Assembly (NCBI GenBank): GCA_950097015.1 | Contig: CATNEN010000025.1 | Span: 9,548,001 to 9,612,000, forward strand | Origin: Macrostomum hystrix | Lineage: Eukaryota > Animalia > Platyhelminthes | DNA length: 64,000 nt | Direction: 5' to 3' | Notes under the pieces: model-generated | What the model saw: only the letters and a program-made list of their open reading frames with translations | Told to the model about the DNA's origin: nothing | Database searches by the model: none | Made by a program: the position numbers and the translations under genes | Shown: positions 1-13,029 of the stretch, in pieces | Layout of the letters: every line of letters begins with the position of its first letter | How positions within the stretch are numbered: position 1 is the first letter of the stretch

Positions 1-64
1 CAGCTTAGCCAATAGCCATGGTTCATGATTTCAGGCTAGCCCCCTGGAGTATATGATAGCTTAC

Positions 65-294
65 CTTCTGTGGATTTGGATCCACAATGCTAACATAGAT
101 CTTCCTAGTAGCTTTGTCAACGCAATGCTGATGCTCCGCTAGAACTGCTCAAATGGTTAAAAGAAAGTTTTAGAAAATTTGCACTTTAACAAACAATGGT
201 GCTTTTCAAATAAAAAAATATCGCACTGATACCTACCGGGGTGACTGAACAAAATGACAAAGGTGACAAAGAGCCACCTGAAGTTTATTGACAT
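65..294 (-). CDS. 5' two exons of a probable secreted/membrane protein; gene continues off the left edge
   Basis: Exon 294-237 (ATG...CCC G|gtaggt) joins exon 144-65 (gagcag|TT CTA...CAG AAG|gtaagc) in matching phase. Product: MSINFRWLFVTFVILFSHPVLAEHQHCVDKATRKIYVSIVDPNPQK, with a hydrophobic signal-peptide-like start and a VLA|E cleavage-like site. Not in the ORF track. Confidence 0.55.
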
Positions 295-1192
295 GCCGCA
301 GATAGCTGAAAAACAAAATAGGAAATTTTTTTATTATTTATCTTTAACTACAGCATGGCAGTCACGCAGAGAAACAGAATACGTCCTAACACTGATGCTA
401 TATGATATTGGCATTACTAACTGCAGATGTGTACACTGATTTGTATATATATATATATATATATATTTGATGCATATTTATATCATGGGCTAGCTGCCTT
501 CCTATCAAAGGGTTATAAGCTTCGTATTAGACGCAGCTGCAAAATGTATCTTTCTAATGCAGCCAGCTATCTGAAAACGTCTGTAGAACTAAGCTGTGCT
601 GCTATTACACTCTGTGTACAACTTGCAAATCCTTAGTCTGCATCCGAAACCTACTTAAGATAAACAATTCTAGCCTGATAAAGCTGATTATGTTTGAACA
701 TTTAACAGTTTGTGTTCGCCTTACTTAATATAATTGCCAAAGCTTGCAAGCAGAAAATAAGCGACAAAAACTCAGTAAATCTAAATATGAAGCATCACAA
801 CAGACAAGTCTGTGCCGACGAACAAAATCAACACAAAACGAAACGTTAGTTAACTAACTTACAACTTATCTGTGCATAACAGGAAGTTATATGGCCTCAT
901 CGGCTTTAGCAGCTCAAGCTTGATGCACTACAGGATCATCATTAGATGGTCTGATACTAAAAATAAAATACTTTTCGAGTGCGAAAAAGCTAGCAAAAGT
1001 TTTGGTATACAACATTACAGCGCTGCTTAAACAAATAGTTACTCATCTGTAGAAAAAAAAAATTGGGAATGCACAATAAAGCAATTCGCCATGTAATTTA
1101 CAGAAAGTAAAGAGACGAAATGCAAGTCTCTCTTCGATTGGAAAACCTAGAAAGGAAAAAATAAATATCTGCGGATAGATAATAAGAAGCGA

Positions 1193-1552
1193 TGGATAGA
1201 TCTGAACATTGGGAGGAAGGAGTGGTGGATAGATCTAAAGACTGGGAGGAAGGAGTGGTGGATAGATCCGAGGACTGGGATAAAGGAGTGGTGGATAGAT
1301 CTGAGGCCTGGGAGGAAGGAGTGGTGGATAGACCTGAGGACTGGGAGGAAGGAGTGGTGGATAGATCTGAGGACTGGGAGGAAGGAGTGTGGTGGATAGA
1401 TCTGAGGACTGGGAGGAAGGAGTGGTGGATAGATCTGCGGCCTGGGAGAAAGGAGTGTGGTGGATAGATCTGAGGACTGGGAGGAAGGAGTGGTGGATAG
1501 ATCTTAGGACTGGGATAAAGGAGTGGTGGATAGATCTGAGGCCTGGGAGAAA
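1193..1552 (+). repeat. 33-bp minisatellite (GATAGATCTGAGGACTGGGAGGAAGGAGTGGTG)n, about 11 copies
   Basis: Directly visible tandem repeat; explains the DRSEDWEEGVV ORF. Confidence 0.95.
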
Positions 1553-1804
1553 GGTTTAACTGCTAAATTTAGGCTAAAGGTCTAATGTTAAGGTTAAGGC
1601 TAAACTGAAGGTTAAGTCTTGGTGTCTCGATCTGACTCATTTGGGCAAACGCGCATTTAAAAAAATCTATGAATCGCATTTTTAAACAATGCACTAACTA
1701 TTGAAGCCTTGACAATAAAAGAAATAATGACTAATGAATCCTATTAATTCACAGGTTCGTAGGCCTGTGACATGAAGAATGGCTTTCCATCGTCAACGTG
1801 ACGC

Positions 1805-2442
1805 CTAAGTGAGCACTTCGCAGCCAGTCTCAGTAACTAGCAGAGTATCCTCAAACTGGGCCGACCGTTTCCCGTCGGTGGTTACGGAGGTCCAGTTGTC
1901 CGGCCACAGTTGGTCCTTCCACACGCCCAGGTTAATCATTGGCTCAATGGTGAACACGTGGCCAGGCTTCATAACGCCGACGGCTTTGTTTTTAGCGTAG
2001 TGTGGCACATTCGGAGCGCAGTGGAAGAGGCGGTGAACGCCGTGGCCGCAGTAGCTGCGAACAACAGACAGGCCGGCCGATTGGGCATGCTGTTGAATCG
2101 CATCGCCAACGTCTCGATAGCGAACTCCGGGTTTCACTAAGGCTATAGCCTTCTGCAGGCACTCCCAGGTGACGCGGACTAATCGGCGACTGTCTTCATC
2201 AACGGAGCCAACAAATATAGTCTCGTTGAGGTCGCCATGATGCTCACGGTGATAGCAGGTGACATCAATGTTGACTATGTCACCGTCAGCTAGAGGTCGT
2301 ATGTCTGGTATGCCATGACATATTACTTCGTTAATTGAGATACAGCAGGACTTCGGGAAGCCGCAGTAGTTCAAAGGCGACGGATAGCAGTCGCGCTCAA
2401 TGCTGGCCTCATGCACCAGCTGGTCGATTTCGTCTGTTGTGA
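1805..2442 (-). CDS. METAP1: Methionine aminopeptidase 1, terminal exon (catalytic domain); upstream exons not found
   Basis: Acceptor tttccag at 2443-2444, then [34 protein letters not shown]...HGIPD...DIVNIDVT...HGDLNET...YCGHG...FTIEPMI...[19 protein letters not shown]. These are type-I MetAP metal-binding motifs. Confidence 0.92.
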
Positions 2443-2762
2443 CTGGAAACGCATACAGTTGCCTAACTACCGCTCGTGCAATACATACGCTACCATATTG
2501 AGGAGTTAAAACGGCCCATTTAAGGACCGCCAGTCTAAATATCTATTAAATTGAGACAGCAGCCGTGAGATCAGTCCCGTTACAAATTTGATAACAGCGG
2601 TTGGATCATTAAGTTACTAAGAAGTAGACCTGGTACAACTTTGGTGGCATCATTGGGACATTACAAAGAAATTAGGCCTACAACAACTTCGGTGCCGTTT
2701 GGTGGGATTTTCTTATAAAAGCCAATATTGTTTAAACACGCCTATAACATATATAAATATAT

Positions 2763-4160
2763 ACTGTGTGTAACAAATTAATATGCAAATTATAATTATA
2801 ACAATTGTTTTAACCCAAGAACACACTTACTGGTTATTGATAATGGTTCAGATTAAACAGACAACTTATCTTATCTTAATTCCCCAATTATCAGCCTCTT
2901 GATTTTGGTTGAATGTGCTGGAGGTAATGAATTCTCTAAACATACACTAACAAGTCATCTTAATATATTATACAAATAACTGAAAGTGTGGCAGAAAAGA
3001 GCTGTATATTTTTTCTCCATATCAAAACTGCCATCAGCCAGTTACAGGCAAGCGAAATGATCTTGCATTGCATGAAAAGGCACTATATCGTTGGGGAATT
3101 GAGCCATGGCTGCAAAACAAACAAGATAGCCAAGCAGCTGGGTTGCGACCATTGAACTATCAAAAAACTTTGCTGCTGATGCCAGTGAGATGCAAAAGTG
3201 ACGTTAGCAACCTAAGTTCAGGCTTTGTCGCATCAACAGACCACACAGCTAAAATGAGAATTTGCCAGGGCCAAAATAAGGATTTGCCCCACTTTCATCC
3301 AGCAAGGCCCTGTTTGTGCATATTGGTGCACCAGAAGTGTTGAAAGTGACTTGCTGTCGACTGCTGAGCAGCATTGAATTAGGCTGCTGCTGACCAAAAA
3401 CCACCATGAGAGATGTCTGCAATGGGCCAGGTCCAACCTGAAGACAGATTTCAAGACAGTTCTGTTTACAGACGAGACTTGTGCCACATTAGATGGACCT
3501 GATGGCTGGGCCAGAGGCTGGACACCATCTGGGTTGACGCCCAACCAAGTGCGTCATCAACAAGGAGGCAGAGGCATCATGTTCTGGTCAGGAATTATTG
3601 ACAGCATTCTCTTGGGGCCATTCTTCATTCCTAATGGTGTTAAGATCACAGCAGCCTTCTACTGCGAGTTCCTAGAGACCAACTCTGTTCTGTGGTTTAG
3701 GTGCCAGAAGGTTACTTTTCAGTGGAAAATGATATTCATGCATGACAATGCACATTCACATGCTACTTGCATGACCACCTAGAGAGCCTAGGGTTTAAGA
3801 ACTCACACCTGATGACCTGGCCAGCTAATTCCCCAGACCTCAATCCAATTTAGCACCTCTGGAGCTTTCTCAAAAGGAGGATCTATGCTCAAGGAAGGCA
3901 GATGTGCAGCAAGGCCAAGCTGTGGGAGGCAGTGCAGGATGATGTGGGAAACTTGTCATCTATTGATATACATGGTCTAACTTTACAATAGCCAAGCATT
4001 TTAGATTACGTGACAGTCTCACTATACTGTTTCTTGCATTTTTAATTGTCTTTAATATTTGTTATCTTGAAAGTTGTTTTTCCGCTTTGTATTTAGATGA
4101 ATACAGATGAAGACAGGTCACGACCTTTTTAAGCATTTTGCATAATAATTTGAGACACAA
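2763..4160 (+). mobile_element. Decayed Tc1/mariner DNA transposon (~1.4 kb) with TIR remnants
   Basis: Frameshifted transposase pieces: VLFTDETCATLDGPDGWARGW, RHQQGGRGIMFWSGI, FMHDNAHSHA, MTWPANSPDLNPI*HLWSFLKRRIY. TIR core CAAATTAATATGCAAA (2774-2789) matches the reverse complement of 4137-4152 at 15/16. Outer ends approximate. Confidence 0.85.
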
Positions 4161-5390
4161 AAACTGCCTTATTATCACAAAAATGAAAGTAGTATAAAAA
4201 TATTTTTTGCTCATTTTACCATTTTTTCTAGATCAACAAATGACTTATATTTCAAAAATCCTGATGCACTCACGAAAAAATGAGCCTAAATAAAAAACGT
4301 GAAAAATATCTTTAAACACACAGTAAATATACATATTAGGACTAATCATACTAAAGTGATACTAAACTAGAAGATCAATGTTTTTCTAGCTGTCTCTTCT
4401 AAAAAACTAATTATAGATATTTTACTTTTAAAGATACTTTAAATTATTTATATTGATTTTAAAAGTAAAAATTGTTAAGATTAGCAACTGCATTTTGTTT
4501 GCTCCAATAACTCTTTATCTAGAACTACACTATATATATAAGGTGGAACTATAGTTTGATGTTGAAAAATTTGTTTCAAGTTTGAAATTATAGAAAATAT
4601 AGGCCTAGCCAATATCAATAAATCTATATTACAAATTTTCAATTAATTTGACAATTAGCCAACTGAATTCTTAATAGGTTAATGTATCATCAACCAAACA
4701 GTGTATCTTCAAAACCGAACAAGAATTTTGACTCCTTCCTTGGTCTCGTGCAAGACAGAAACAAGCTATTGTGTTTCACAGAACAAGTAATTTGAAAGTC
4801 GAAGAAACTATCTACAAGCTGAGGCATGATGTGCAACGAAGCATTAAGAGGAAAGAAAGATATTGATGTTTCAGTAGAAATTTTTATTGCAAAAGCATAC
4901 TTTTTAACAATTTTTTTTCAGTATGTACTTTAGACGAAGATTGTATGTGGTTGCTTGCCAATTAAATGACTATAAATCAAATGTAGTTAGGCCTATTTAT
5001 AGAGCATGAATAATGCTTTCAAATGACATAATTCATGATAGTTCACTCCTTAAAATAAGATCAAACCACTCACTCAAATTATAAAACCAAACATCAAATT
5101 CTCTGTTTGGTTTGAAGATACATGAAAATCATTGTTCGGTTTTTGATAAAAAGCAGGAATAACTTTTTTTATTTGAGGAAATAACAAAAGCAGATACTTT
5201 TTAAAAAGATGTAACTTTTCTATCACTTGGCTTTTGATTTATCATCATATCTTAAATAGAAAATCTGTAGCTTAGGTTTGAAGTTAAAAAAATACATTCT
5301 TGTTTGGTTGATGATACATTACCCTAATTTAGGGACAGCATTACTACCTTAACAATAAAGTAAGCCCCCATTGCCGCTGCAGCCGGTTCC

Positions 5391-5543
5391 TCAGCTGTGG
5401 CCGCCTCCATCGCCGCTATGGCTGATTCCACCTCTGCCGAAGCCTCCTCCATAGCCACCACTGCGGCCTCCGCCATGGCAGCGGCCAAAACCACTGCTGC
5501 AACCTCTGCCACCACCACTGTAGTCTTCGGCAAAGGTCTTGCC
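5391..5543 (-). CDS. Candidate terminal exon encoding a Gly-rich (GGY/GGF/RGG) tail
   Basis: GC-rich island in AT-rich DNA. Strong acceptor ttttttttatcag, then GKTFAEDYSGGGRGCSSGFGRCHGGGRSGGYGGGFGRGGISHSGDGGGHS*. The ORF track shows a different (Ala-rich) frame. Confidence 0.5.
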   Translation of the reverse strand, partial: GKTFAEDYSGGGRGCSSGFGRCHGGGRSGGYGGGFGRGGISHSGDGGGHS

Positions 5544-7847
5544 CTGATAAAAAAAAATTTTTTCAAAGCCTGAAACGTAGATATCCAGAAGCTTGTTTCC
5601 AATTACAGATGCAGCCCTAAACGAAATACTGTAGAAAGCAAATAGTTTTGCAACACATAAAAACCCGAAAAATGCTAAACTATTGTAAACTACTTAGATG
5701 CTAAGTTTTTTTAGTTACAGATGTCCTGTGCAACTAATTAGTTATAATTTACTATTCATAAATTTTTTTATCATAGTTCTACTAAATAGACTTGAAAATC
5801 GAACCCAGTAACATGGTTTAACACTGTATACAAAGGTCTAAGAAATAATACTTGTAATAGAAAATCTTAGACATTCTCTATATTTGGATTACAAATTATA
5901 AAGACAAAATTGGAACAATACAATATATGCTATTGGTAGAAAAATTCCATGAAATCAATATATTTAGAATTAGATAAAAAAACTATAAAACCTTGTTTAT
6001 TAATCCTTATGCAAATGGGCTAAGTAGCATATCTGGCAATGGAAATAATTACAAAGTTAAAAGTGAACATGCTACCTCAATGAATTTAACATTTAAGTAA
6101 AAGTAATAACAAAGAACATCAAAATTATTTTTTAAAAACTGTTTGGCACTCCGATTCTGTTCACTGTAATTTAAAATTAGATTTTCCAAGAAATTCAGCA
6201 TTTTAAATGTACAGTCTAATACCCATAGGTACATGAAACTACTGGATGCGACTTTGCAGTGAAATGCTTTGCCATTCAATACAAGTTACCCAACATTAGA
6301 TAGGCCTAGCCTGATCATTTAGCTAAGTCCAAAATTAGACACTTGTAACAGCTTTAAAAAATGCAAAACAAAACAAATCAATCAATCAATAACAAAATCT
6401 ATGTTGAGAGAAAAATACTGCTATGTCAAAAACAAAAAGCTTTGAACATTTAACTAACCTCATAGTACAATGAGACTTACAAACCAAACAACAATATTTG
6501 TATAGAAATTTTAGACAAGAAAAAATATTTTACACTGTTGAAGTTAATCAAGGCTAGGCCTACTCACATTTTTAAGGACTTTCACTGAAAATTTTGTGGG
6601 CAGTGCTGGGCACAATAATTTATTCACAAAATTGCATTTAAGTTGCCAAAAGGCAAATTTGTGCACAGCACCCACTCAATAGTGTTTATTTTTTTAAAAG
6701 AATATTTAAATTGTATCTCGAGCAAACATTAGGCCTAGCTTTCTAAGTGCTTTGCTCATAAGAATTCAGCAACCATTGCAGTGCACATTGTGGTAATGTG
6801 CTATTAATGACCAAAACTACCAAAAGGCAATTGATTGCCAAAGAGGCTAATGGTTTGCTTTTTATGTGCTTTAGGCCTACTTATAAGAATTCAGTAGCCA
6901 TTGCAGGGCATATTGCACTAGGCTATAAATCTCCAAAAGGCAATTAATCAACAAAAAAGCACATGGTGCATTTCAAGACCTCTGCTTTGACAAAAATTCA
7001 GCAACTATCCATCACAAAACTGCATTATTGCATTTAATATTCAAACACATCTGCTTAACTATCTGCATCTTCTAAAAGTAAAGACAGTTTGATTAATAAA
7101 ATATTATTCAAATACTATACATCAGTTAGTATTTAAAATAAAATTATAAGCTTACACTTAGTGTAAAATTGGTAACAATTGAATAAGTAACAAGTAAAAC
7201 TTGTACTTGTAGAATACAATATATAGTACAATAATTATATATAAGGTAGGCCTAGTAGGATACCAAAAAATAGCGTAAGAAAATCGAGTATTATAGCTAC
7301 AGATTGAAGCTTGAAAAGATTTCAGATTTAGATAGTGATTGCTTTGATAAGTTGCTTTGAAATTTTGAAGTCAAGTTTGTCGTTCAACAAAAATTATTGT
7401 TAGCATAACCGATTTGAATTTAATTTTCTTGTAGAAATTGTATGGAACAGAGTGACTGAAATGTACAATATTATTATTTACAAATGATCGTAATTTAGTT
7501 TTTCAAGCAACTTATATCTTTATTCAAATATATTTTGTTATAAAATGTATAAATGGGCTTATTTTCTAAATTAACACTTAAAAGGTTAGTTTAACAGCTT
7601 TAATGCGCACATTTTCCACTTCACGGCTCCAAAATTTTCCACTTTCCACTTCATCGCCATAGCCGATTTTTGCAGGACGCAAGACTTTTTACATTACAAA
7701 ATAGACACTTTCAAGTCCATTTTTTATTCAGTGTCAGATTAATTTGGTATTTTTTTTTGTAAAGATTTTTGCGAAATCAGGTCTTTTTTAATTATTACGA
7801 AACTGTGGACCCACACTTTTACGCAACGCAATGCGCATGATTTCATC

Positions 7848-9027
7848 TTAAAGCACTTGCTAAATGCTATTTATTGACACCACACTGAAAGCCAGGCGTA
7901 GCATCGTTAATAAATGGCGGCGTGAAATATAGCAAATATACGCATAGTACTGGAACCTCGTAATTATAGGTAAAATGTTATTAGAGTCAAAATACGAATT
8001 TTTGCACACTTACGAAGATGGCAGTCATCTGTACGTGTTTACTGGGCACAATAGTGCTCTTTGAAGCTAAGAACCTCATAGCGAAAATTAATAAATTTTC
8101 CGCCCTATATGGGTTGTTTTTGCACAAAATCACGTTTTTCGACTTTGACAGTCAATTATAACAAAATTTTGCAACTGACAGACGTGAATGTCACTTTTTC
8201 TGAGAGCAGTCATCTAGATGATTCTAATAAGTACAAATTTTGGCTCATTTTTATGCTTCCCCTTGCCCTATCCTTATAAGTATATACTGGTACAAAGTAA
8301 TGATTTCATTTCCAGCAAGTCACGTGACCAGGCCTGGGGTGTACAAAACATCGTGCAAGGACAGCGAACATACACTCAAATTAAAGCACTTGCTAAATGC
8401 TATTTATTGACACCACACTGAAAGCCAGGCGTAGCATCGTTAATAAAAATTGCAGCGTGAAATATAGCAAATAAACGCATAGTACTCAAGGAACCTCGAA
8501 ATTTGGTAAATGTTAACAGATCGTCAAAATACGAATTTTTGCACACTAACAAAGATGGCAGTCATCTGTACGTGTTAACTGGGCACAATAGTGCTCTTGG
8601 AAGCTAAGAACCTCATGGCGAAAATTAATAAATTGTCTGCCCTATGTTGTGCTCATATGTTCGCTGTCATTGCACGATGCTTTGTACAAGGACTACTAAA
8701 CAACACAACAGTGTTGTTTATAGTAGGAGTAGTTTATCCTGGCTTTGTACACCTCAGGCCAGGTCACGTGACTTGCTGGAAATGAAATCATTACTTTGTA
8801 CCTATACTAAGGATAGGGGAAGCATATAAGAATGAGCCAAAATTTGTACTTAATAGAAACATCTAGATGACTGCTCGATGATTGCTTGCTGATGACTGAT
8901 GACTGCTTGATGACTGCTGATGACTGCTTGAACCAGAAAAAAAGACATTCACGTCTGTCAGTTGCAAAATTTTGTTATAATTGACTTTCAAAATCGAAAA
9001 ACGTGATTTTGTGCAAAAACAACCCAT
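7848..9027. repeat. Compound direct plus inverted repeat (A-B-A'-B inverted)
   Basis: 7848-8107 is repeated directly at 8381-8644. 8109-8371 is inverted at 8656-9027; the right arm has a ~63-bp insertion and a short GATGACTGCT repeat. Confidence 0.85.
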
Positions 9028-12000
9028 GATACACTCAAATAAAAGTACATCTAAAATGTAGTTCAATGACACCAAGCGCGCCGCGCTCCGGTAATCCGTT
9101 CAAAAGTTACAGGCTAAAAAGTATGTACGTTCGATATGCAAGCCCCCCGTACTGTCGTTAAAGTACATTTCTGTATAAACTAAAACTAAGACAAAATTTC
9201 AAGATATACACATTGTGCGCAATTTAGTTGTGCACCTTTCCTAAATTAAAATTCCGATTTTTCTAGCAAGTCGTTAAGTTTCTTATTTTTTGTACATTTG
9301 TATCATAAAAAATGCATAAAATAGCCTAAATCACGTTTTTGAGACTTTAGTAGCGTATGGCTCAGAGTCAATGCGCCATTCATGTACCGCATTCATGTAC
9401 TTTTTAGAGTCTCGCAACAAGGTTGAATTTCCTCTATTTTGGTTCGAATACCTACCCGTCGAATATTCGAATGTAATTAAAAGGTGCGAATGTACAGTTA
9501 AAGTGAGTATCTTGGTTAACCAAAAGTTGGGTTCAATCAATTTTTGACTGTATATTGTGAATCCTTATTTTTTGAGATTCAAGATTTCGACGGGTCTCAA
9601 AAAAGTCACTTTTTCGTTGCCATGGCAACCAAGACGCCTTGCTATGGAAATTTCACGTCGCTCATCTTGTAGCCCTAAATGTTTTACGTCCATAGAGGGG
9701 TCACACATGGTTTCATCTCAAGTAGAGATGCCAAAAACCGGCCCATTTTGAGAACCGGTTAACCGGTTTGAAAACCGCCTTTTATAAGAAAACCGGTCTT
9801 TAAAAACCGGTTTGTGTGCCAAGTTTTTAAAAAGCACTAAATAAGCATAGAAGATAGAACTTATATACAATCGTGAATTTGTTAACGGTGTGTGTGTGCC
9901 GATTATCCAAAGTGGCGTGGGGTTGGAGTGGGGTTGTGTTGTGTTGGTGTGGTGTAGGGTGTGATGGAGTGGTGTAGGGTGTGATGGATTTGGGTAGGTT
10001 GTGATGGTGTGGGGTAGGGGTAGGTAAGCCGATTAATAATAATAAAAGTTTCTTGGAATTATTAATTTTAAATTTTTTATAGTTAGGTTTCGCGGAAATT
10101 GAATATCGCGCCAATTCAAATTTTCCGTGGACTTTCTTCGGAATCGTTCCGTAGCCAATGCGAACTAAATGCGAACTAAAATAAAGACCCAATGCGAACT
10201 TAATATAAATTGAGATTTAGTTCGGATCAGTTCGTAACTAATTCGCGAACTCTTAATTTTGCTAAATAATAACTTTAAACTTAATAATGCACTGGTAGCA
10301 ATGATTGATTAATTTGATGATTTTGGCCAAGGCAAACTGGTCACAGTCTCGAAATGGCGGTTCCCTGGGATGGTTAGATTAGAAACGGCGAACCCTTGAT
10401 GTTTTTAGGTTTAGACTTAGATAGTTTTAGATTAGGCCCCAATTTAGATTTATACTTCTCATCACATCGCTGCTCATCGGATGCGGCATATTGGGTACAT
10501 TTCGTCTCTGTACATGAAAAAAATTCGCAAGATCGTTTTTACAAAATTTACCTTTAAAGGTTCGAAAAATTGCATGCCTTATTCAATTTCTACAAAAACA
10601 ACACGTTTTCCAACTGCAAATCAAGATTTAGCATCTGGAATGTGACGCTGACTTTAGTTGACATGTCATTCTCTTTCAAACATCCACATGCGTCTATTGA
10701 CACCATTTTCAACTCAATGCGACAAAGTGCACTATCATAGGGGCAGAAATGGCAAACTTTTTCTCTCATACGTACACCTGTACAGGTACATATTTCAGTA
10801 CAGATGACCAACTACTAAATGTGTGTACACCAGTCTAGTATCAAATGAAAGAGGGTCCTAAATGCAATTCAGCAACGGTAAGCGCAACACCAACGGATGC
10901 AGCAATCAAAAGTTATGACTGATCCCGTTTTGCATGTTTTAGCCACCCGGCGGGTCAAAATTTGGGATTTTCGCATCCACCTTCGGGGCAAGTGGATGCT
11001 TAGAAAATTCGAAATATACATTTTGTGCACACATTTGTTGCTATTTTAAAAACGGAAACCGAATTCAAATCCCACACCAAATACGTTCTGACCATGCAGT
11101 TTTGTACCTCGAAAAAAGACTAATAATGACCAAAATCACGTTTTTAAGATTTAATTACCCACATCTTCGGTAAACAACATCCAATCAGACTGAAACCAAC
11201 ATTTTCGGATAGGCGACACCCAAGAAAGTTGTTTGAAATGTGTTGAAATGCAATTCAAGTCGCATGTCTGTGCCATAGAGGCGTCCAAAGTGCACCCTGT
11301 ACTAAAAGTACTTTAAAAGTGCACATTTTTTTCAATCACAAAAGTACACGGTCAAAAAATTTCTTCAACATCAAGTAGGCCCATGTGTTAGGGTTACGAC
11401 CCAGCCGAGAGACAAATTTTTGTCATGTCCAAAAAATCATGTTTTTGGTTGCCATGGCAACGCTTTTCACTTCAGTACATAGACCCAAGTCTTTTACATT
11501 TTTTGCAAAATACCGCATCCAAATCGGTTCAACTGGGAAAAGCGGTAATCGTTAAAAGTTAAAAAACGTGCTTTCCTATCCCGACACGTTGGTTACATCT
11601 TATCAAGATGAGATATCGCATCCGTAATGACCAAGAGGAAGCCGAGCGTAAGCGAGACTTTCTCTTGGTCATTACTGGCTCACTCATCCCAACTAGCTCT
11701 AAAAATAGTAATTTATATTACACTTTATATGCCGATTGTACTATTTAACTATTCAACAATAATCTTATTCGAAACTTTAAATAATTCTAAGATTAGTAGG
11801 AAAATAAACGCCAACAAAAACATACAGATTGTGTTGCCAGTGTGTTTTGTCAAACTGACATCTTCTGGGCAAACTCAATATACAGAGCACAACAGCCAGT
11901 ATATTTAACAGAAAAAAATATGCACTATCCATAGTCGGTTCAACTCGTTCTGATCAGGGTTCTAACTACCATAACCCGAGAGAGAGGGGGGAGAAAGAAA

Positions 12001-13029
12001 GAGAGACGCTAGGCACTGCTCAGAGTATTCTGAGCTCCCGCTCCACCCCACTGCCTGCAAGCTGCACATTGAAGCAGGGTTTGTGCAATCAACTGATTGA
12101 TTGTTAGTAGTTTGGCTTTTTTTAAATCCCATCACAGAGCCCTCAATTTCCCATTTGTGTGCACCCCGAAATCCCTATTGGCGCCACCCAATAAAAATCT
12201 TGATAGCACCCCTGAATTCATGTAATTCTATTATTAACAAGGATTTATTTACCTTGAAATTGAAATTGGTAAAGCTTTGTGCCATGTGTTGTGTCTTGGC
12301 CTAATGGCCGACGGAGGGAGATGGGATTGGGTCCACCGCCCGAGACACCCAGGTCCTAGCCCAACCCTGCCTAGGCCTAACAAGTCTGATTGGTTCCGCG
12401 AGAGTTCGCAGAACCAACCACCCTGGGACTAGCGAGAGTTCACTCGTCTCAGGTCCCTAACGGAGCGAAAGTTCACTCAGTCATCCCACCGACACAAACT
12501 TACCTAGGTTTCTCACTCAAGCTGATAGCGGAACGGCGTGTATTGGCGGTGCGTGAATAATAAACAAGACCCGGACTGGCAGATAGATAACACAGATAGA
12601 AACAGATAGAAAAACAAGCTTATATACTTACGGTACAGGGGTAGAGAAGGGAGACAGAGAAACGATCCACAATGCCTGGGTCCACAGGACTTACCGGCCC
12701 CCAGCCAATGCGAATGGTCCAGGCGGGGGAGGTGTGGAGAGGTGGGGTGGCGGGGCTTGCGCTGCAACGCTTGGGCATGGGCAGGTGGGCGCAGAGCAGA
12801 GGGGCTAGGCCAGGGTTGAGGCGTAAGTCTCTTACAAACCCTGACCTAGGCAGGCATGGGCGCAGGAAGGGGCGGGGCATACATAAACACGGGTCACACG
12901 CAGAGCAGGGCAAAGTGCATACGCACGGCACAACACATGCCTCAAACTCAGTTTTCTGTTTAGAAAAGGAAAAAAAACTGTGGTCCTTTCATCCTTTGTG
13001 TCACAATTTCTTTTTCATTGTGGCGCGTG

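Noticed and set aside
860-935. Possible small minus-strand exon (CIKLELLKPMRPYNFLLCTDK)
   Set aside because: Has AG and GT sites but cannot be linked in phase to a neighbouring gene; may be UTR or chance.
5324-5602. 92-aa Ala-rich ORF from the track
   Set aside because: Starts at TTG in AT-rich sequence spanning the acceptor; the Gly-rich frame fits the splice site better.
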